Shown here piece after piece: positions 31,632 to 33,052 of a stretch of 33,052 nucleotides of DNA (the first letter of the stretch is position 1; each line of letters starts with the position of its first letter). The position numbers were made by a program, and so were the translations under genes. Source of the stretch: Candidatus Parcubacteria bacterium (GTDB lineage Bacteria > Patescibacteriota > Minisyncoccia > Phycocordibacterales > UBA918); assembly GCA_046049585.1 (NCBI GenBank), contig JBJORD010000069.1, positions 1 to 33,052 on the forward strand, in the 5' to 3' direction. The notes beneath the pieces were generated by a model that saw nothing but the letters and a program-made list of their open reading frames with translations, was not told where the DNA came from and did not search any database.

Positions 31632-31640
31632 AGTATAGCA
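31632..31640 (-). promoter_or_regulatory. Extended -10 TGCTATACT, 7 nt upstream of the ATG at 31624
   Basis: Minus strand reads TATGCTATACTattttgtATG. Confidence 0.35.
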
Positions 31641-31646
31641 TATACG

Positions 31647-32120
31647 CTATATAACTGTCATTTGGTACTGATTAAGGATACGTGCAACAATTGGTGAACA
31701 ATCAACTGGCAAATTGTTAGGCGAAAACCAGCCATATGTAACAATTTCAAAATTATCTATAGACACCTCTGCTTTAGTGACATACCCATAGAAGCACTGG
31801 ACTGTATCGTGTTTATATTCTTGTACCTGCGTGTACTCGTAAAAGTAGGTGAGTTTGGTTGTGATACTTGTCTCCTCTTGTAATTCGCGAGCTGCACCCA
31901 CGGCAAATGTTTCTCGTTTCTTTACTCCCCCACCTGGTATCATCCACATTTTGTGTCCATACGTCGGTCGAACCAACAACACTTGATCGCCGTAAAATAT
32001 CACATATTTTGCTCCTCGGGTAGTTGGCCTTAAAAGAAACCAGTAACAGACTTTTAATTTGTAAGCTATATGTATTAACAACAATTTGGTTCTTCTCATC
32101 GGAGGAGCCAAATAAATCAT
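31647..32120 (-). CDS. NUDIX hydrolase (canonical Nudix box)
   Basis: GGGVKKRETFAVGAARELQEETSI fits G-x5-E-x7-REUxEExGU except that the final G is S. An ATGA overlap joins it to the upstream gene. Confidence 0.8.
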   Translation of the reverse strand: MIYLAPPMRRTKLLLIHIAYKLKVCYWFLLRPTTRGAKYVIFYGDQVLLVRPTYGHKMWMIPGGGVKKRETFAVGAARELQEETSITTKLTYFYEYTQVQEYKHDTVQCFYGYVTKAEVSIDNFEIVTYGWFSPNNLPVDCSPIVARILNQYQMTVI

Positions 32121-32779
32121 TGACCAATACTAGCCTTCACATCCACCACCGCACGACCAGGAGACATATGCTTTACTACTACTGTATCTACCTTCGAAAA
32201 ATGCAGATATTCGCTGCTGCTTAAACTAATTGGTTGTGTCGTATAGGTATTTGCATTATGAGTATAGAGAGCAACAATACGATACTCGTTGACTACGTGC
32301 TCGATGTCGTATTTTTCAGCGATGATGCTCACCCCCTGGCGTATGATATTTTGGGTTCGAGTATAACCCCACAAAAACAGCCCGCCAAGGAATGTAAAGA
32401 TTGACCCCATAAAACCAAAAATACCTGGCAGGAACCATCCAAAGAGGCCGCCGATAATCCGAGCATCGCTTGGGTTGGTTGGTATAAAAGTAATCTCTAC
32501 AACCTCGCCGAGGTCAAACCGTTTATAAGATGATGTGACTGGATCAATCAATACGTACGATGTGCTACCGACACTATACGTAAGTGTCGTCTGATACATC
32601 AGTGCTTGATCACGTTGGTTTTGTACTGGTGTCATTGAAGTAACTTCAGCGGTCGTAACAACTGCTTGTTTAAACCAGCGCGACTGTTCTAATACAGTGA
32701 AACACGCGCTAGCAATAAACACTAAACCAACCAGAAAAAAGATGCCACCAATTACTCCTTTAATTTTTGTCTTAGACAT
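32117..32779 (-). CDS. DUF3592-like membrane protein
   Basis: The layout is an N-terminal TM (GVIGGIFFLVGLVFIASACF), a beta-rich segment, two further hydrophobic helices (FGWFLPGIFGFMGSIFTFLGGLFLWGY) and a second beta-rich segment. This matches the DUF3592 arrangement. The recognition is from memory. Confidence 0.45.
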   Translation of the reverse strand: MSKTKIKGVIGGIFFLVGLVFIASACFTVLEQSRWFKQAVVTTAEVTSMTPVQNQRDQALMYQTTLTYSVGSTSYVLIDPVTSSYKRFDLGEVVEITFIPTNPSDARIIGGLFGWFLPGIFGFMGSIFTFLGGLFLWGYTRTQNIIRQGVSIIAEKYDIEHVVNEYRIVALYTHNANTYTTQPISLSSSEYLHFSKVDTVVVKHMSPGRAVVDVKASIGQ

Positions 32780-32810
32780 ATCAATTGGTTCATTACATCT
32801 TTACCTCCAA

Positions 32811-33052
32811 TCAACTTTTACGTACAAATAAAAAACGAAATTCGTTTCCCCACAGACCTCTGACATCATGTGTCATGATACACCTAAAACCATCAACAAA
32901 GCCTAAAAATGATGCAAAGTAGTGATTATCAATAACATGCGTGTTGTATGCGCATACCATGATGTCTGCCTGTACAAATTTCGGTTTTTTATATCCCAAT
33001 GTCACAAGCTCGGAGAAAGTCAGTGGTCTATATCCAGCGGCGTCCATATCTG
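32811..33052 (-). CDS. Hypothetical protein, possibly 5'-truncated by the window edge
   Basis: The track ORF starts at the ATG at 33047, but the frame stays open to the last base of the window (the preceding codon is GAT). This may therefore be only the C-terminal 78 aa of a longer protein. I recognise no family. Confidence 0.35.
   Translation of the reverse strand, partial: DMDAAGYRPLTFSELVTLGYKKPKFVQADIMVCAYNTHVIDNHYFASFLGFVDGFRCIMTHDVRGLWGNEFRFLFVRKS

Noticed and set aside
1667-32224. All remaining track ORFs of 60-138 aa that lie antisense or out of frame inside longer CDSs. Examples are 1667-1936, 2977-3240, 2999-3268, 3293-3598, 3741-3929, 3931-4125, 4203-4433, 5242-5658, 5935-6213, 6338-6535, 6940-7272, 7035-7364, 8007-8234, 8163-8354, 8603-8806, 8670-8864, 9442-9714, 10750-10962, 12057-12455, 12464-12763, 15715-16008, 17884-18165, 18511-18696, 18751-18936, 19804-19995, 19996-20181, 20239-20457, 20645-20848, 21364-21585, 21516-21743, 21803-22090, 22056-22319, 22831-23085, 23537-23734, 24926-25111, 25558-25755, 25666-26001, 25670-25927, 26606-26788, 26676-26960, 28569-28919, 29284-29685, 29531-29818, 30483-30707, 30581-30778, 30883-31116, 31354-31560, 31813-32127 and 32024-32224.
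   Set aside because: Each is fully or largely nested in a longer ORF whose product has recognisable family motifs. Their translations are low-complexity or Cys/His/Arg-rich in the manner typical of shadow frames, and they carry no independent signals.
1-33052. An alternative genetic code (TGA read as Gly, as in some candidate phyla)
   Set aside because: TGA terminates ORFs exactly at ATGA overlaps with the next gene (8152-8155, 12535-12538, 32117-32120). Full-length family-typical proteins are obtained with the standard code.
261-33052. tRNA, rRNA or other structured ncRNA genes in the intergenic spacers
   Set aside because: All spacers are 202 nt or shorter. None shows cloverleaf-compatible arms or conserved T-loop (GTTCRANYC) sequences by eye. 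A covariance-model scan would be needed to exclude small ncRNAs.

Overview
This is a gene-dense 33-kb bacterial window with about 31 protein genes, mostly on the minus strand. I recognised no rRNA, tRNA, CRISPR array, transposase or integrase. The standard genetic code applies, because TGA acts as a stop in several ATGA start/stop overlaps. All family calls come from motifs read by eye in the supplied translations. No database search was run.

The gene content suggests a Patescibacteria/CPR (Saccharibacteria-like) genome, but that is inference only. The supporting traits are lamin-tail-domain and DUF285/BspA surface proteins, a Wzy_C-TPR fusion, a soluble TraD/VirD4-like ATPase, a tiny Lys/Ala H1-like protein and almost no Shine-Dalgarno motifs.

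Layout from left to right:
- secA 5' end (1-260, missing from the ORF track).
- H1-like nucleoid protein.
- Envelope genes murB, Wzy_C/TPR, sulfotransferase-like, GT, yvcK (724-7300).
- A sharply lower-GC 10.3-kb glycan-tailoring island (7361-17647). It consists of two convergent operons holding two GT-D/DUF1792 paralogues, two FkbM methyltransferases, GT25, a SAM methyltransferase, two GT4s, a carbamoyltransferase and Wzx.
- A GT32 gene.
- A co-directional cell-surface/envelope cluster (18409-27124). It holds a small membrane protein, a putative glycoside hydrolase, a DUF285 repeat protein, a cysteine-free L,D-transpeptidase-like/DD-carboxypeptidase fusion, an orphan TraD-like ATPase with a 222-aa disordered tail, an LTD-PKD anchored protein and an unannotated 39-codon Cys-containing ORF, and it ends at a perfect 17-bp hairpin.
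- rsmI, a lone plus-strand ankyrin-repeat gene, a DUF218-like gene, murC, two NUDIX genes, a DUF3592-like membrane protein and an ORF that runs off the window edge.

The observations most worth follow-up are the glycan island with a possible protein O-glycosylation logic, the surface cluster around the orphan coupling-type ATPase, the small leader/core-like peptide gene, the pseudo-L,D-transpeptidase fusion, and a recurrent -10 box 5-9 nt upstream of start codons that points to leaderless mRNAs.
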